A DNA stretch of 64,000 bases from an uncultured delta proteobacterium (GTDB lineage Bacteria > Desulfobacterota > Binatia > Binatales > Binataceae): NCBI GenBank assembly GCA_963765675.1, contig CAVXXK010000006.1, forward strand, positions 32,001-96,000, in the 5' to 3' direction. Shown here piece after piece: positions 19,928 to 31,438 of this stretch (position 1 is the first letter of the stretch; every line of letters starts with the position of its first letter). A model generated the notes under the pieces. The model saw nothing but the letters and a program-made list of their open reading frames with translations, made no database searches and was not told the DNA's origin. Made by a program: the position numbers and the translations under genes.

Positions 19928-20616
19928 TTAGCGGCCGGCGACGGCCGCGTATTCGGTCGGAGTTCTGGACGCGCATCCATTGAAGAATATCGCGATGATC
20001 GTTTCGACCGCGACGCCCGGTGTCGCGAACTCGCGCCCGTAGCGATTGAGTCCTCGCACCATTCCGAGGACCGATTCGGCCGCGAGGCGCGTATCGAGGT
20101 CAGCGCGAATCACGCGGCGCTCGACTCCGTCGCGCAAGATTTCCGAAAGCATCCGGGCCAGACGTTCGCGCTGCTCGCGGTAGGCGCGGGCCTGAGCCGG
20201 CGGGAGCGCCTTCGGGTCGTGCAGCAGCGCGAAAAATTGGCGCCGGTTCCAAAAAAAGCGACCGCGAGGCGGACGAAGGTCGTGATCTGTTCGTAGCTCG
20301 AGTTGGTTTCGGCCAGTCCGGCGCGGATCTGTTTCTGCAATGCGTCGATACCCGCAATCACGACCGCGGCATACAATTCTTCCTTGCTGCGGAAGCGGCG
20401 ATAGACGCTGCCCTTGCCGACATGCGCGCGCGCGGCGACGTGATCGATCAGCACGCGTTCGAACTCATGTTCGGAGAACAGCACCGTGGCGCTCTCAAGG
20501 ATTCGTTCGCGCAAGAACGGCGTCGCCGGGCGGCCACGGCGCGGGCGGCGCGCACGCGCGGACGAAGTTCGCCCATTTGGTCCTGGAGAAGTCGAATCTG
20601 AAATCGGTCGCTTCAT
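19928..20616 (-). pseudogene. TetR regulator split by a 1-nt frameshift in a T7 run (or sequencing error)
   Basis: HTH VAARAHVGKGSVYRRFRSKEEL in one frame, C-terminal domain in another; T8 at 20251-20257 would give AFFWNRRQFFALLHD...MLSEIL; start uncertain. Confidence 0.8.
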
Positions 20617-20958
20617 GCTTGCGGTTCCTGAACCAATCGCGATCTGCTCCCTTTCGCGCGGCCGCCATGACTGAAACGGTTTTCGCCCTCGTGCGTCCGT
20701 CACATCGGGCGCACGAGTCTTGCTGCGCGGACCGTGGCTTGGTTTCGGTCGTATAGATTAAATATGGACTTGCAGGTCCGAAATTGCAACAATCTAAATT
20801 GTGCGAGCCAAGTTTTGTGCACGGGGCCGCTCGTGATGCTCGCGATCGCGTGACCGCGATCTGGATTCCGGGTCGAGACCGGTACGACGCGCGCGCCAGG
20901 CGCAGGTGGCAGCGCCTGGCTTTTACGGTGGTACTGCCGGAGGTGTGAGTAGCAAACG

Positions 20959-22206
20959 ATGGATACCGATACTCCCGCGAGCAAACTGCAGAACCCTGCG
21001 CTCGCTCCCGAACCCTCGATCCGCAACCGCGACCTGCGGACGGGAATAAAGTGGTGGATGTGGCTGGCGGGGTTTTCGATCCTGGCGCTGGTCGCATACC
21101 TGATGCTCTCGCGGCCCAACGGGGCCGCGCCTGGCTCCGCGGGTGGAAAGGCGGCCCATGCCATGCCTCCAGTGCCGGTAACGGCGGTTGCCGCGAAGAC
21201 CGGCGACTTGAATCACTACCTGACTGCGATCGGATCGGTGACTCCATTTAATACGGTCACGGTGATGTCGCGCGTGCCGGGCCAAATCATGAGTGTCGCT
21301 TTCAAAGAAGGGCAGACGGTGAAGGCCGGAGAGTTGTTGGCCCAAATCGATCCACGTCCATATCAAGTTCAGCTAGAGCAGGCTGAAGGCACCTTGGCCA
21401 AGGACCAGGCCTCGCTTACCGACAACAAAATTCTGCTGGCGCGTGACGAAGAGCTGTTCAAGGAAAGTGTGATCGCGCGCCAGGACCTGGACAATCAGCG
21501 TGCGACCGAGGCTCAGTTCGAAGGTTCGATCATCAGCGACCAGGCCGCAGTCGATAGCGCGAAGCTCGAGCTCACTTACAGCCGGGTCACGGCGCCGATC
21601 AGCGGGCGGATCGGACTGCGCCTGATCGACCCCGGCAATATCGTCACCGTCAACCAGGGGTTAATCGTGATCACCCAGGTGCAGCCGATCTCGGTGCGCT
21701 TCAGTATCCCGGAAGACGATCTGCCACTGGTCATCAACGACATGAAGGCGACTCCGGATCTGCCAGTCGAGGCGTGGGATCGTGACTTCAAGACCAAGCT
21801 CGCGACCGGCACGCTGCTGACGCTCAGCAACGAGATCGATCAGACTACCGGCACTATCGTGTTGAAGGCGGTGTTTCCGAACACCGATAACATGCTGTTT
21901 CCCAATCAATTTGTGAACGCACGCTTGCTGGTTGGCGTCACCAGGAATGCGATCCTGATTCCGCTCGCCGCGGTACAGCGCGGCAATGCGCGCGGCTCGT
22001 ACGTCTTCGTGGTGGCGGCCAATAAGACCGCGCAAAAGCAGGTCGTGACGATAAGCGCGACCCAGGGCGACACGGTCGCGATCGGCACCGGGCTCAAAGC
22101 TGGCGACGTGGTCGTGACCGACGGAGTTGACAAGCTGCGCTCGGGCTCACTGGTGACCGTGCAGATGGCGTCGAACAACGCCAGCAGCGACGGCGGACAG
22201 CAATGA
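20959..22206 (+). CDS. mdtA: RND efflux periplasmic adaptor MdtA/MuxA
   Basis: [37 protein letters not shown]. Confidence 0.92.
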   Translation: MDTDTPASKLQNPALAPEPSIRNRDLRTGIKWWMWLAGFSILALVAYLMLSRPNGAAPGSAGGKAAHAMPPVPVTAVAAKTGDLNHYLTAIGSVTPFNTVTVMSRVPGQIMSVAFKEGQTVKAGELLAQIDPRPYQVQLEQAEGTLAKDQASLTDNKILLARDEELFKESVIARQDLDNQRATEAQFEGSIISDQAAVDSAKLELTYSRVTAPISGRIGLRLIDPGNIVTVNQGLIVITQVQPISVRFSIPEDDLPLVINDMKATPDLPVEAWDRDFKTKLATGTLLTLSNEIDQTTGTIVLKAVFPNTDNMLFPNQFVNARLLVGVTRNAILIPLAAVQRGNARGSYVFVVAANKTAQKQVVTISATQGDTVAIGTGLKAGDVVVTDGVDKLRSGSLVTVQMASNNASSDGGQQ

Positions 22207-25200
22207 ATCCGTCGCGGCCCTTTATTCTGCGGCCGATCGCAACCTCGCTCCTGATGGCGGGAATCATGCTGGCCGGCATGTTTGCCTATAAGCAGTTGCC
22301 GGTCTCGGCGCTGCCGGAGGTCGATTATCCGACGATCGAGGTGTTGACCTTCTATCCCGGCGCGAGTCCGGACGTGATGGCCTCTTCGGTCACCGCGCCG
22401 CTCGAGCGGCAGTTCGGCCAGGTGCCCGGGCTGAACCAGATGACCTCGAACAGTTCGTTCGGAAGCTCGGTTATCACGCTGCAGTTCGTGCTCGATCTGG
22501 ATATCGACGTTGCCGAGCAGGAGGTGCAGGCCGCGATCAATGCTGCCTCGACCTATCTGCCGGCGAATCTGCCGAACCCTCCAATCTACAGCAAGACCAA
22601 TCCGGCCGACGCACCGATTCTGACCCTTGCTCTGACCTCGACCGAGTTGCCGCTCGATCAAGTCGAAGACCTCGCCGATACGCGCCTTGCCGAGCGCATC
22701 TCGCAACTCTCCGGGGTCGGGTTGGTGAGTATCAGCGGCGGACAGAAGCCCGCGGTGCGGGTCGACGCGAATCCGACCGCGCTTGCCTCCTATGGTCTCA
22801 ACATGGAGAGCCTGCGCACCGCTATCGCAGCGGCGAACGTTGACGAGGCCAAGGGCAACTTCGACGGTCCCGGCCAGGCGTACACGATCGGCGCCAACGA
22901 TCAGCTCCTGACCGCAAAAGACTACGGACCGCTCATCATTGCGTATCAGAACGGCGCGCCGGTCCGGCTTTCGGATGTCGCCACGATCAGTGACGGCGCC
23001 GAGAACGTCAAAGAGGCCGCGTGGATGAACCTCACGCCAGCCGTGATCATGAACGTGCAGCGTCAGCCGGGCGCCAATATTATCGAGGTCGTCGATCGGA
23101 TTAAAAAGCTGATGCCGCAGCTCAAGGCCGGGCTGCCGTCGTCGGTCAACATTTCGATTCTGACCGACCGCACGATCACGATTCGCGCTTCGGTGTCCGA
23201 CGTGCAGTTCGAGCTGATGCTGACGGTCGCGCTGGTCGTGATGGTCATATTCCTGTTCCTGCGCAATATCGCGGCCACCGTGATTCCGAGCATCGCGGTC
23301 CCGCTCTCGATCGTCGGCACCTTCGGCGTGATGTACCTGCTTGGCTACAGCCTCAATAACCTGACGCTGATGGCGCTTACGATCTCGACCGGGTTCGTGG
23401 TCGACGACGCGATCGTCATGATCGAAAATATCTCGCGCTATATCGAAGAAGGGCAGTCGCCGATGCAGGCCGCGCTCAACGGCTCGGCGCAGATTGGATT
23501 CACGATCGTGTCGCTGACCGTGTCGTTGATCGCGGTGTTGATTCCGCTGTTGTTCATGGGCGATATCGTCGGCCGCCTGTTCCGCGAGTTCGCGATCACG
23601 CTGGCGGTGACGATCCTGGTCTCGGCGATCGTGTCGCTGACGCTGACGCCGATGATGTGCTCGAAGCTGCTGCGCCACAAGCCGCGTACCGAGCAGAACC
23701 GCCTGTACCGCAAATCCGAGCAGATTTTCGAGGATACGATCGCATTCTACGGCAAGACTTTGCGCTGGGTGCTGCGCCACGAGCAGGCGACGCTGGTGGT
23801 CGCGATCGCGACGCTGGTGCTCACGATTGTCTTGTACATTATTGCGCCCAAGGGATTTTTCCCGGTGCAGGACACCGGCGTGATCGAGGGCATTTCCGAA
23901 GCGCCGCAGACGATCTCGTTTCCCGCGATGGCCTCGCGGCAGCAGGATCTGGCCAAGGCGATCCTGCAGGATCCGTCGGTGCAGAGCTTGTCCTCGTTCG
24001 TCGGGATCGACGGAACCAACACCACCATCAACAGCGGACGCTTTCTCATCAATCTCAAGCCTGAAGACGAACGCTCCGAAACGATCACCCAGGTAATCGC
24101 CAGTCTGCAGAAGGCGACCTCGCAGATCCAGGGAATCGACCTCTACCTGCAGCCGGTGCAGGATTTGACCGTCGAGGACCGGATCAGCCGCACCGAGTAT
24201 CAGTACAGCCTCGAGGATCCGAATCCCGACGAGTTGACCGAGTGGACCACGCGGTTGATGGCGAAGCTCAAGACTATGCCGCAGTTGGCCAATCTCGCGA
24301 CCGACCAGCAGAACCATGGGCTCGAGGTTGATCTGAATATCGATCGCAGCACCGCTTCGCGGCTCGGGATTCCGTTGCAATCAATCGACAACACCCTCTA
24401 CGACGCGTACGGCCAGCGCCAGGTCTCGACCATCTTCACTCAGCTCAATCAGTACCACGTGATACTCGACGTCGCGCCCGAGTTTTCGCAAGATACGCCC
24501 GCGCTCGGCGATCTCTATTTTCCTTCGACCGGTGGCGGCGAGGTTCCGCTGAGCACCTTCACCACAGTCTCGAAAACCCAGACGCCGCTGGTGGTAAATC
24601 ACGAGGGCCAGTTCCCGGCGGTGACGATCTCATTCGATGTGGGTCCGGGATATTCGCTCGGCGACGCAGTTGATGCGATCAAACAGGCCGAGTCGGAAAT
24701 CGCGTTGCCGGCGAGCGTGCAGGTCGCATTCCAGGGGACTGCGCAGGCGTTCCAGGCCTCGTTGGCCAGCGAGCCGATCCTGATTCTGGCGGCACTGGTC
24801 ACGGTCTATATCGTGCTCGGGGTTTTGTACGAAAGTTATATCCACCCGATCACGATTCTTTCGACCCTGCCCTCGGCCGGAGTCGGCGCGATCGTGGCGC
24901 TTATGATCTGCGGCGAAGATTTGAACGTCATCGCGCTCATCGGCATCATCCTGCTCATTGGTATCGTCAAGAAAAATGCGATCATGATGATCGATTTCGC
25001 GCTCGAGGCGCAGCGCAAAGATGGCAAGCCGCCGCGCGAGGCGATCTACCAGGCGTGCCTGCTGCGCTTTCGGCCAATCATGATGACCACGATGGCGGCG
25101 CTGCTCGGCGGGTTGCCGCTCGCGCTCGGCACCGGCACTGGGTCGGAGCTGCGCCGCCCGCTCGGCATCACGATCGTCGGCGGGCTTCTCGTAAGCCAGC

Positions 25201-25325
25201 TCCTGACGCTTTATACCACGCCGGTTATCTTTCTCGCCTTCGAGCGCCTGGCTGAACGCTTGTCGGGCGCGCCGGTGCCGGCCAAGGATGAGGTGCCCGG
25301 CTCCGTGGGAGCTTCGGCTTCGTGA
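22203..25325 (+). CDS. mdtB: RND permease MdtB/MuxB
   Basis: [40 protein letters not shown]. Confidence 0.93.
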   Translation: MNPSRPFILRPIATSLLMAGIMLAGMFAYKQLPVSALPEVDYPTIEVLTFYPGASPDVMASSVTAPLERQFGQVPGLNQMTSNSSFGSSVITLQFVLDLDIDVAEQEVQAAINAASTYLPANLPNPPIYSKTNPADAPILTLALTSTELPLDQVEDLADTRLAERISQLSGVGLVSISGGQKPAVRVDANPTALASYGLNMESLRTAIAAANVDEAKGNFDGPGQAYTIGANDQLLTAKDYGPLIIAYQNGAPVRLSDVATISDGAENVKEAAWMNLTPAVIMNVQRQPGANIIEVVDRIKKLMPQLKAGLPSSVNISILTDRTITIRASVSDVQFELMLTVALVVMVIFLFLRNIAATVIPSIAVPLSIVGTFGVMYLLGYSLNNLTLMALTISTGFVVDDAIVMIENISRYIEEGQSPMQAALNGSAQIGFTIVSLTVSLIAVLIPLLFMGDIVGRLFREFAITLAVTILVSAIVSLTLTPMMCSKLLRHKPRTEQNRLYRKSEQIFEDTIAFYGKTLRWVLRHEQATLVVAIATLVLTIVLYIIAPKGFFPVQDTGVIEGISEAPQTISFPAMASRQQDLAKAILQDPSVQSLSSFVGIDGTNTTINSGRFLINLKPEDERSETITQVIASLQKATSQIQGIDLYLQPVQDLTVEDRISRTEYQYSLEDPNPDELTEWTTRLMAKLKTMPQLANLATDQQNHGLEVDLNIDRSTASRLGIPLQSIDNTLYDAYGQRQVSTIFTQLNQYHVILDVAPEFSQDTPALGDLYFPSTGGGEVPLSTFTTVSKTQTPLVVNHEGQFPAVTISFDVGPGYSLGDAVDAIKQAESEIALPASVQVAFQGTAQAFQASLASEPILILAALVTVYIVLGVLYESYIHPITILSTLPSAGVGAIVALMICGEDLNVIALIGIILLIGIVKKNAIMMIDFALEAQRKDGKPPREAIYQACLLRFRPIMMTTMAALLGGLPLALGTGTGSELRRPLGITIVGGLLVSQLLTLYTTPVIFLAFERLAERLSGAPVPAKDEVPGSVGASAS

Positions 25326-28300
25326 GCGAAGTTTTCATCCGCAATTCGGTCGGGACGACGCTGCTGACGATCGCGCTGGCGCTCGGCGGCCTGATCGGCT
25401 TCCGGTTGCTCCCGGTGTCACCGCTGCCGCAGGTTGATTTCCCGACGATCCAGGTGCAAGCACAACTTCCAGGCGCCAGCCCGGAGACGATGGCCTCGTC
25501 GGTGGCGACGCCGCTGGAGCGCCAGTTCGGGCGTATCGCGGGCCTGACGCAGTTGACCTCGGCGAGCTCGCTGGGCGCGGTCTCGATCGTTCTGCAATTC
25601 GATCTGAACCGCGATATCGACGCCGCCGCGCGCGACGTGCAGGCCGCGATCAACGCCGCGCGCAGCCAGCTTCCGACCAACCTGCCGTCCAATCCGACCT
25701 ATCGCAAAGTTAATCCGGCGGACTCGCCAATTCTGATCATCGCGCTCACCTCCGACAGCAAGACCCGCGGCGAGATGTATGACGCGGCCTCCTCGATCCT
25801 CGCGCAGAAGCTTTCCCAGGTTCTCGGCGTCGGTCAGGTGATCGTCGGCGGCAGCGCGCTGCCCGCGGTGCGGGTTGATTTGAATCCCGCGCAACTCAAC
25901 GCTTACGGCATCGGTCTCGAGCAGGTCCGCTCGGTGCTGGCGGGCGCGAACGTCAATAGTCCCAAGGGTGAATTGGCCAACGGCAATTCGGCATACCTGA
26001 TCAACGACACCGACCAGTTGCTGCACGCGAGCCAATACGCCCCGCTGATTGTTTCGTACGTCAACGGCGCCGCGGTGCATCTTTCCGATCTTGGAGCGGT
26101 GACCGATTCGGTCCAGGACGTGCGTAACGCCGGAGTGTCCGACAGCCAGCCCGCCGTGCTGCTGATTATTTTTCGCCAGCCGGCCGCGAATATTATCGAA
26201 ACAGTACAGCGTGTGGATGAGGCGATGCCGGGGCTGCAGGCTTCGATCTCGCCGGCGATCAAGCTCACGGTCGTGATGGATCGCACGACCACGATCAAGG
26301 CATCGGTCGACGACGTAGAGTTCACGCTTCTGCTCTCGGTCGCACTGGTGGTGATGGTGGTGTTCGTGTTCCTGCGCAACCTGCGCGCCACGATGATTCC
26401 GGGCGTGGTGGTGCCGCTGTCGCTGCTCGGCACTTTCGGAATCATGTACCTGTGCGGCTACAGTCTGGACAATCTGTCGCTGATGGCGCTGACGATATCG
26501 ACCGGATTCGTGGTCGATGACGCGATCGTAGTGGTCGAGAACATCTCGCGTTTTCTGGAGCAGGGCGTGCCGCCGTACGAGGCCGCGGTCCGCGGCGCCG
26601 CGGGAATCGGTTTCACCGTGATCTCGATGAGCGTGTCGCTAATCGCGGTGTTCATTCCGATCCTGGTGATGGGAGGGATCGTCGGACGGCTGTTCCGCGA
26701 GTTCGCGGTCACCCTGTCGGCCGCGATTGCGGTCTCGCTGATGCTCTCGCTGACCACGACGCCAATGATGTGCGCGAAGCTGCTCCGGGCGCATGACGGT
26801 GAGCGCCACGGCAGGATCTATCGCGTGTTCGAAACGGGATTCAACGCTCTGCTGAGTGGCTACGAATCAGGGCTGAAGTGGGTGCTGGATCACCAGCCGT
26901 TCACGCTCGCGATCTTTTTCGCGACCCTCGCGCTCAGCATCTACATGTTCTACGTCATCCCCAAGGGATTTTTTCCGGAACAGGATACCGGCCGCATGGT
27001 GGGCATGCTGCTGGCCGATCAGGACACCTCGTTTCAATCGATTCAGCAGAAGCTCACCGAATTCGTCAAGGTGCTCGATGCTGATCCGGCGGTCGATCAT
27101 GTAATTGGGTTTGCCGGCGGGAATTCCGGCTCGCCGGTGAACACCGCGCGCATGTATATCACGCTCAAGCCGCTTAGCGACCGGACCGGTGTTATGAACG
27201 TGATTACCAGGCTCCGAAAAAAAACCTCGCATATCGCGGGTGCGACGCTATATCTGCAAGCGTCGCAGGATCTGACTATCGGCGGCAGAAGGTCGAACGC
27301 GGAATATCAATACACGCTGCAAGGTGACGATCTTGGCCAGCTCAACCACTACGCGCCCTTGCTGCTCGCCAAGCTGCAGACCATTCGCCAGTTGACCGAC
27401 GTGAGCAGCGACCAGCAGAACAGCGGTCTCGCGGCCAACCTGGTGATCGATCGCAAGACCGCGTCCCGCCTCGGCATCACGCCGCAACTTATCGATGACA
27501 CTCTCTACGACGCGTTTGGGCAGCGGGAAGTCTCGACGATGTACACGCAGCTCAACCAGTACTTCGTCGTGATGGAAGTCGAACCCAAGTTCTGGCAAAA
27601 CCCCGAGTCGCTTTCCGAAATCTATGTTCGCACTACTTCCGGGCAGGAAGTGCCGCTCAGCAGCTTCACCCACTACGAGCCCAGCACCACCGCGCTGGCG
27701 GTGAACCATCAGGGGCAATTCCCTTCGGTTACGATCTCGTTCAACCTGAGGCCCGGGGTCTCGCTCGGTGAGGCGGTTGAGCTGATTAACGACGCCCAGG
27801 CGCAAATCAAGATGCCTGCCAGCATCAGCGGAGATTTTCAGGGAACCGCGCAGGCCTTTCAGGCTTCGCTGGCGAACGAGCCGATGCTGATCGCGGCGGC
27901 GCTGCTTGCGGTGTATATCGTCCTCGGCATCCTCTACGAGAGTTACATTCATCCAATCACTATTCTTTCAACGCTGCCGTCGGCTGGAGTCGGCGCGCTG
28001 CTCGCGCTCGAGATCACCCACAACGATCTTTCGATCATCGCGCTTATCGGCATCATCCTGCTCATTGGGATCGTGAAGAAAAACGCGATCATGATGATCG
28101 ACTTCGCGCTCGAAGCGCAGCGTATCGAGGGCAAACCCGCCCGCGACGCAATTTACCAGGCATGTATCCTGCGCTTTCGGCCGATCATGATGACTACGAT
28201 GGCGGCGCTGCTCGGCGGACTCCCGCTCGCGGTCGGCACCGGAACCGGCTCGGAGTTGCGCCGTCCGCTGGGAATCGCGATCGTCGGCGGACTGATCGTG

Positions 28301-28447
28301 AGCCAGATGCTGACGCTGTTCACGACCCCGGTGGTTTTTCTCTACCTCGAGCGCGTTCGGGTAGGATGGGTTGCGACGTGGAGACGGATCGTCGGGACGG
28401 TGGGACCCGCGCCGGCCGATACGCGTCCTGCCGACACGCGCGCATAG
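25322..28447 (+). CDS. mdtC: RND permease MdtC/MuxC
   Basis: [32 protein letters not shown]; second paralog after mdtB. Confidence 0.92.
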   Translation: MSEVFIRNSVGTTLLTIALALGGLIGFRLLPVSPLPQVDFPTIQVQAQLPGASPETMASSVATPLERQFGRIAGLTQLTSASSLGAVSIVLQFDLNRDIDAAARDVQAAINAARSQLPTNLPSNPTYRKVNPADSPILIIALTSDSKTRGEMYDAASSILAQKLSQVLGVGQVIVGGSALPAVRVDLNPAQLNAYGIGLEQVRSVLAGANVNSPKGELANGNSAYLINDTDQLLHASQYAPLIVSYVNGAAVHLSDLGAVTDSVQDVRNAGVSDSQPAVLLIIFRQPAANIIETVQRVDEAMPGLQASISPAIKLTVVMDRTTTIKASVDDVEFTLLLSVALVVMVVFVFLRNLRATMIPGVVVPLSLLGTFGIMYLCGYSLDNLSLMALTISTGFVVDDAIVVVENISRFLEQGVPPYEAAVRGAAGIGFTVISMSVSLIAVFIPILVMGGIVGRLFREFAVTLSAAIAVSLMLSLTTTPMMCAKLLRAHDGERHGRIYRVFETGFNALLSGYESGLKWVLDHQPFTLAIFFATLALSIYMFYVIPKGFFPEQDTGRMVGMLLADQDTSFQSIQQKLTEFVKVLDADPAVDHVIGFAGGNSGSPVNTARMYITLKPLSDRTGVMNVITRLRKKTSHIAGATLYLQASQDLTIGGRRSNAEYQYTLQGDDLGQLNHYAPLLLAKLQTIRQLTDVSSDQQNSGLAANLVIDRKTASRLGITPQLIDDTLYDAFGQREVSTMYTQLNQYFVVMEVEPKFWQNPESLSEIYVRTTSGQEVPLSSFTHYEPSTTALAVNHQGQFPSVTISFNLRPGVSLGEAVELINDAQAQIKMPASISGDFQGTAQAFQASLANEPMLIAAALLAVYIVLGILYESYIHPITILSTLPSAGVGALLALEITHNDLSIIALIGIILLIGIVKKNAIMMIDFALEAQRIEGKPARDAIYQACILRFRPIMMTTMAALLGGLPLAVGTGTGSELRRPLGIAIVGGLIVSQMLTLFTTPVVFLYLERVRVGWVATWRRIVGTVGPAPADTRPADTRA

Positions 28448-28461
28448 AGCGCGCCGTCCGC

Positions 28462-29397
28462 TCAGCGGCTCGAGATGCGCGGTGCGATACTCGCGCCGCT
28501 TATCAGGATCAAGACTTCGGAGCGCCGATTTTCCGGATCGAGCCGAGCAACGTACGCGGGCAACGCGCTGCGTCCAAGACCGATATCGGTCCGCGCGTCG
28601 CAGCCGCATCGCGCCGCAAGCCCGTCGTTGATCGTTGCGAACCGGTCCAGATGCAACGCCGCGATCGGAAGAGAGCCTTCCGCGATCGCAAGGTGCAATA
28701 CACCATCGTCGCTGATTTGAGGGTCGTCGACCATCGGCGTTCCCGCCACGGTCGCTGTTTCGATCACCCAGTTGCGGAACTTGTCGTCGCTCATCCGGCC
28801 GGTGTGTGAATTTTCCTTCTGAAGCTCGCTGATCGCGCCTTTTAAGGCTGACTTCGTCGCACGGGTTGAACGCGAGCGTGGAAGGTTCACCAGCTTCCAC
28901 ATCCGCTGCGACCACTGCGCAACCTCCGCGGGGTTTGCGCCGGGCGTGGCTTCATAATCCTCAGCCGCCGACTCCGCTCCCGCCAGATCACCGCTCTTGA
29001 GCGCATGCTCGACGCGCTCGGCGTCGTTTTGCGCGATCGCGGTATTTATCCGGTCCAGAAGAGGGCCGCTGCTACTGCCCGGCTCGGATGCCGCGAGAGC
29101 GCAGGCCTGCTGCTGCTCGGCCAGGGGAAACGAAGGTGCGCCGATCGTAAAGTCGGTAACGCACAAATCGTCCTTGACCTCGCGCAGCTCGGCGGCGGAA
29201 AGCTGTTCGGGATGCGCCGAAAGGGCGATCAACTCCGGTCGCGCTCCCGCATAGTCTCCCGCCTTCATATGAGCGCGGGCGGAAGTCAGTGCGCTCGGAG
29301 CGCATCCGGACGCCGCGAGTAGCGCAAGGGCGCTCGCCAGCGCGACCCCCGCGACGAACCGCTTTCCGACGAAATCCTTCACATCCCAATTATGCAC
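28462..29397 (-). CDS. Hypothetical lipoprotein
   Basis: Hydrophobic signal ending LAASGC; helical TPR-like segments; divergent from flp. Confidence 0.65.
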   Translation of the reverse strand: MHNWDVKDFVGKRFVAGVALASALALLAASGCAPSALTSARAHMKAGDYAGARPELIALSAHPEQLSAAELREVKDDLCVTDFTIGAPSFPLAEQQQACALAASEPGSSSGPLLDRINTAIAQNDAERVEHALKSGDLAGAESAAEDYEATPGANPAEVAQWSQRMWKLVNLPRSRSTRATKSALKGAISELQKENSHTGRMSDDKFRNWVIETATVAGTPMVDDPQISDDGVLHLAIAEGSLPIAALHLDRFATINDGLAARCGCDARTDIGLGRSALPAYVARLDPENRRSEVLILISGASIAPRISSR

Positions 29398-29773
29398 CCG
29401 CAGGGGCGGTCCAGTGCAATCTCAATTTTCGGCGCTCGAATCCTGCCGATTCTCAGGTGGCAAAAGTCGGCCAGATGAGCGATGTCGCAGTCGATGTCCC
29501 GCGCGATGCCTCGAATCCAGTCGCGGGCTCCCGGTAGCGATCTGGGATACGCATCCGGAGCCTCTGTTCGCCTGCGCCCGCAAATTACAGGCGACGGGAT
29601 ACAATCTTATTCAAAACTACATTTGTCGAAATTAGTATTCGCTTCAATCTGAAACACTATCCGGCGCGAGACCACATCCTCTTTGTCCCGCTCTCGGACG
29701 TTGGTTATCTCATTCGCAACCAGCGGCCTGATTCGAATGCGGAAGCGCCCGCCATCGCGATAGTCTTTTGCCG

Positions 29774-29789
29774 TGGCATGACCTCTGCA
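29774..29789 (+). promoter_or_regulatory. Sigma-54 (-24/-12) promoter of flp
   Basis: TGGCATGACCTCTGCA, GG-N10-GC, about 85 nt upstream of the pilin ATG. Confidence 0.7.
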
Positions 29790-29874
29790 CTTGTCATCAG
29801 GCAAAGCTGAAAACGGGAACTCAATTCCGAATCAACCAACGAGCAACGCGCTCGAAGAGGGTAAGTACAGGTTC

Positions 29875-30054
29875 ATGACGAACTGGATCACCAAAATGTA
29901 TGTGCGACTTCATGAAGGCAAGGGTCAGACGATGACTGAGTACGTGCTGATCATAGCCGCAATCGCGGTTGCCGGTTACATCGCCTACCAGGGCCTCGAA
30001 GGTGGAATCAACACGATCATTACTAACGTTACGAACACCTTGAAGGGCGCGTAA
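29875..30054 (+). CDS. flp: Flp type IVb pilin
   Basis: G/QTMTEY cleavage and Flp motif followed by a hydrophobic helix; 59 aa. Confidence 0.92.
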   Translation: MTNWITKMYVRLHEGKGQTMTEYVLIIAAIAVAGYIAYQGLEGGINTIITNVTNTLKGA

Positions 30055-30105
30055 GAGCGCTAAGCGGCGCAGCGAACAATCTTCGCGGCGTCGCACGAGA
30101 TCGCA

Positions 30106-30137
30106 GCCGGCGGCGGGTACATATCCCCGCTGTCGGC
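30106..30137 (+). terminator. GC-rich hairpin after flp (terminator or mRNA stabiliser)
   Basis: GCCGGCGGCGGG-loop-CCCGCTGTCGGC, no U-tract. Confidence 0.45.
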
Positions 30138-30310
30138 ACGCGAAGCTGAGCTGACTGACAAAACGGTGCCTCTCGGAGCGGCCAAATCGGTGTCGGGCCG
30201 CATCGGAAGAACAACGGAGCAGATCGAAATCGTAATGAGCCATTAGTCAGGCGCATTAAGAGGAAGCGTATCCCAGCGGGCCGCGCGAGCGGGCGGAACG
30301 GAGGGGAGAA

Positions 30311-31411
30311 ATGAGACGACCATTGATTTTCGCAATTCTGGCGGGACTGGCCGCGGTCCTCGCAGCGATAATTGTATTTTCAGCCCTGAAGCGGCGGGAG
30401 GCGGAGGTGCAAAGGGCGTTGGCGAGCACGGTGGATATCGTGGTCGCTACGCGCGATCTGCATCTCGGAGAACGAATCGACGCGAGCGCGATCAAACTTG
30501 CGCGATGGCAGCGCGATAGCGTGCCTGCGGGCGCTTTCACCGATCCTCAGGCGGTGATCAATTCATTCGTCAGAATCGAGACCGTCGCGAGCGAGCCGGT
30601 TGTCGCCGCCAAGTTGTTCATGGGCGAGAAAACCGCCGGCGTGATGCCGCTTTTGATTCCCAACGGGATGCGGGCGATGGCCGTACCGGTCGATGAAGTC
30701 AGCGATATCGCGGGCTTCGTACAGCCGCGTGCGCACGTTGACGTGCTCGTGTCGGTGTCGGGTTCGGGCCGCGACGAGCCGTCATTCGCGAAGATGGTTC
30801 TGCAGGATGTCGAAGTCCTTGCGGTCGCACAGGAAATCGAAAAGAAGAACGACGATCCCGAGGAAGTCAAAGTCGTGACGCTGCTGGTGACTCCCGAGCA
30901 GTCGGAGAAGCTCGCGCTCGCAAGCCACGAGGGCCAGTTGCGCCTGTCGATGCGCAATTACACCGATAGCAAGATCATCGCGACCAACGGCGCCGAAATG
31001 CGCGATCTGAAGAGCTTCGATCAGCCCGCCATTCATATTCCCGATCAGGCGATGGTTGCGCCGCCCAGCGAACGACGCGTGCCGATCCGTACCCTGAACG
31101 TGCAGATCATGCGCGACGGCAAGTCGGCCGAATCAGTCTCGTTCGTCAAATCCGCGCCCGGCGCTCATAGCATGAGCATGATGCGCGCGCTGCCTCCTCC
31201 GGCATCGCCCACCATCGCGACAGGACCGACTGCCAGTGCGATTGCGCCTCCGGCGCGGGCTTCCGCATCGATCATGGCGCCCCCGATGCTGGCAAGGGCT
31301 CTGGGACCGGACGCGGACGATTCCGCGCCGCCGTCCGACGCGCCCGAGGCCCCGTCCAATCCACGTGCAGCCGGGTATGTCCCCGCACCCAAGACGATTG
31401 CGATTCCATGA
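30311..31411 (+). CDS. cpaB: Flp pilus assembly protein CpaB/RcpC
   Basis: SAF-like VVATRDL, GMRAMAVPVDEVSDIAGFVQP..VDV, LQDVEVLA, VTLLVTPEQ. Confidence 0.9.
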   Translation: MRRPLIFAILAGLAAVLAAIIVFSALKRREAEVQRALASTVDIVVATRDLHLGERIDASAIKLARWQRDSVPAGAFTDPQAVINSFVRIETVASEPVVAAKLFMGEKTAGVMPLLIPNGMRAMAVPVDEVSDIAGFVQPRAHVDVLVSVSGSGRDEPSFAKMVLQDVEVLAVAQEIEKKNDDPEEVKVVTLLVTPEQSEKLALASHEGQLRLSMRNYTDSKIIATNGAEMRDLKSFDQPAIHIPDQAMVAPPSERRVPIRTLNVQIMRDGKSAESVSFVKSAPGAHSMSMMRALPPPASPTIATGPTASAIAPPARASASIMAPPMLARALGPDADDSAPPSDAPEAPSNPRAAGYVPAPKTIAIP

Positions 31412-31438
31412 CCCAAGCGAAACCAAAGGGGAGCAGCA

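Noticed and set aside
21906-24380. 824-aa antisense ORF and similar long shadow ORFs (57725-59293, 18478-19719, 52856-54244)
   Set aside because: Stop-poor alternative frames typical of high-GC coding DNA, overlapping well-supported genes
29791-30310. c-di-GMP riboswitch around flp
   Set aside because: GGCAAA is present but the paired P2 stem and GCAAAG architecture could not be built by eye; an Infernal search would settle it
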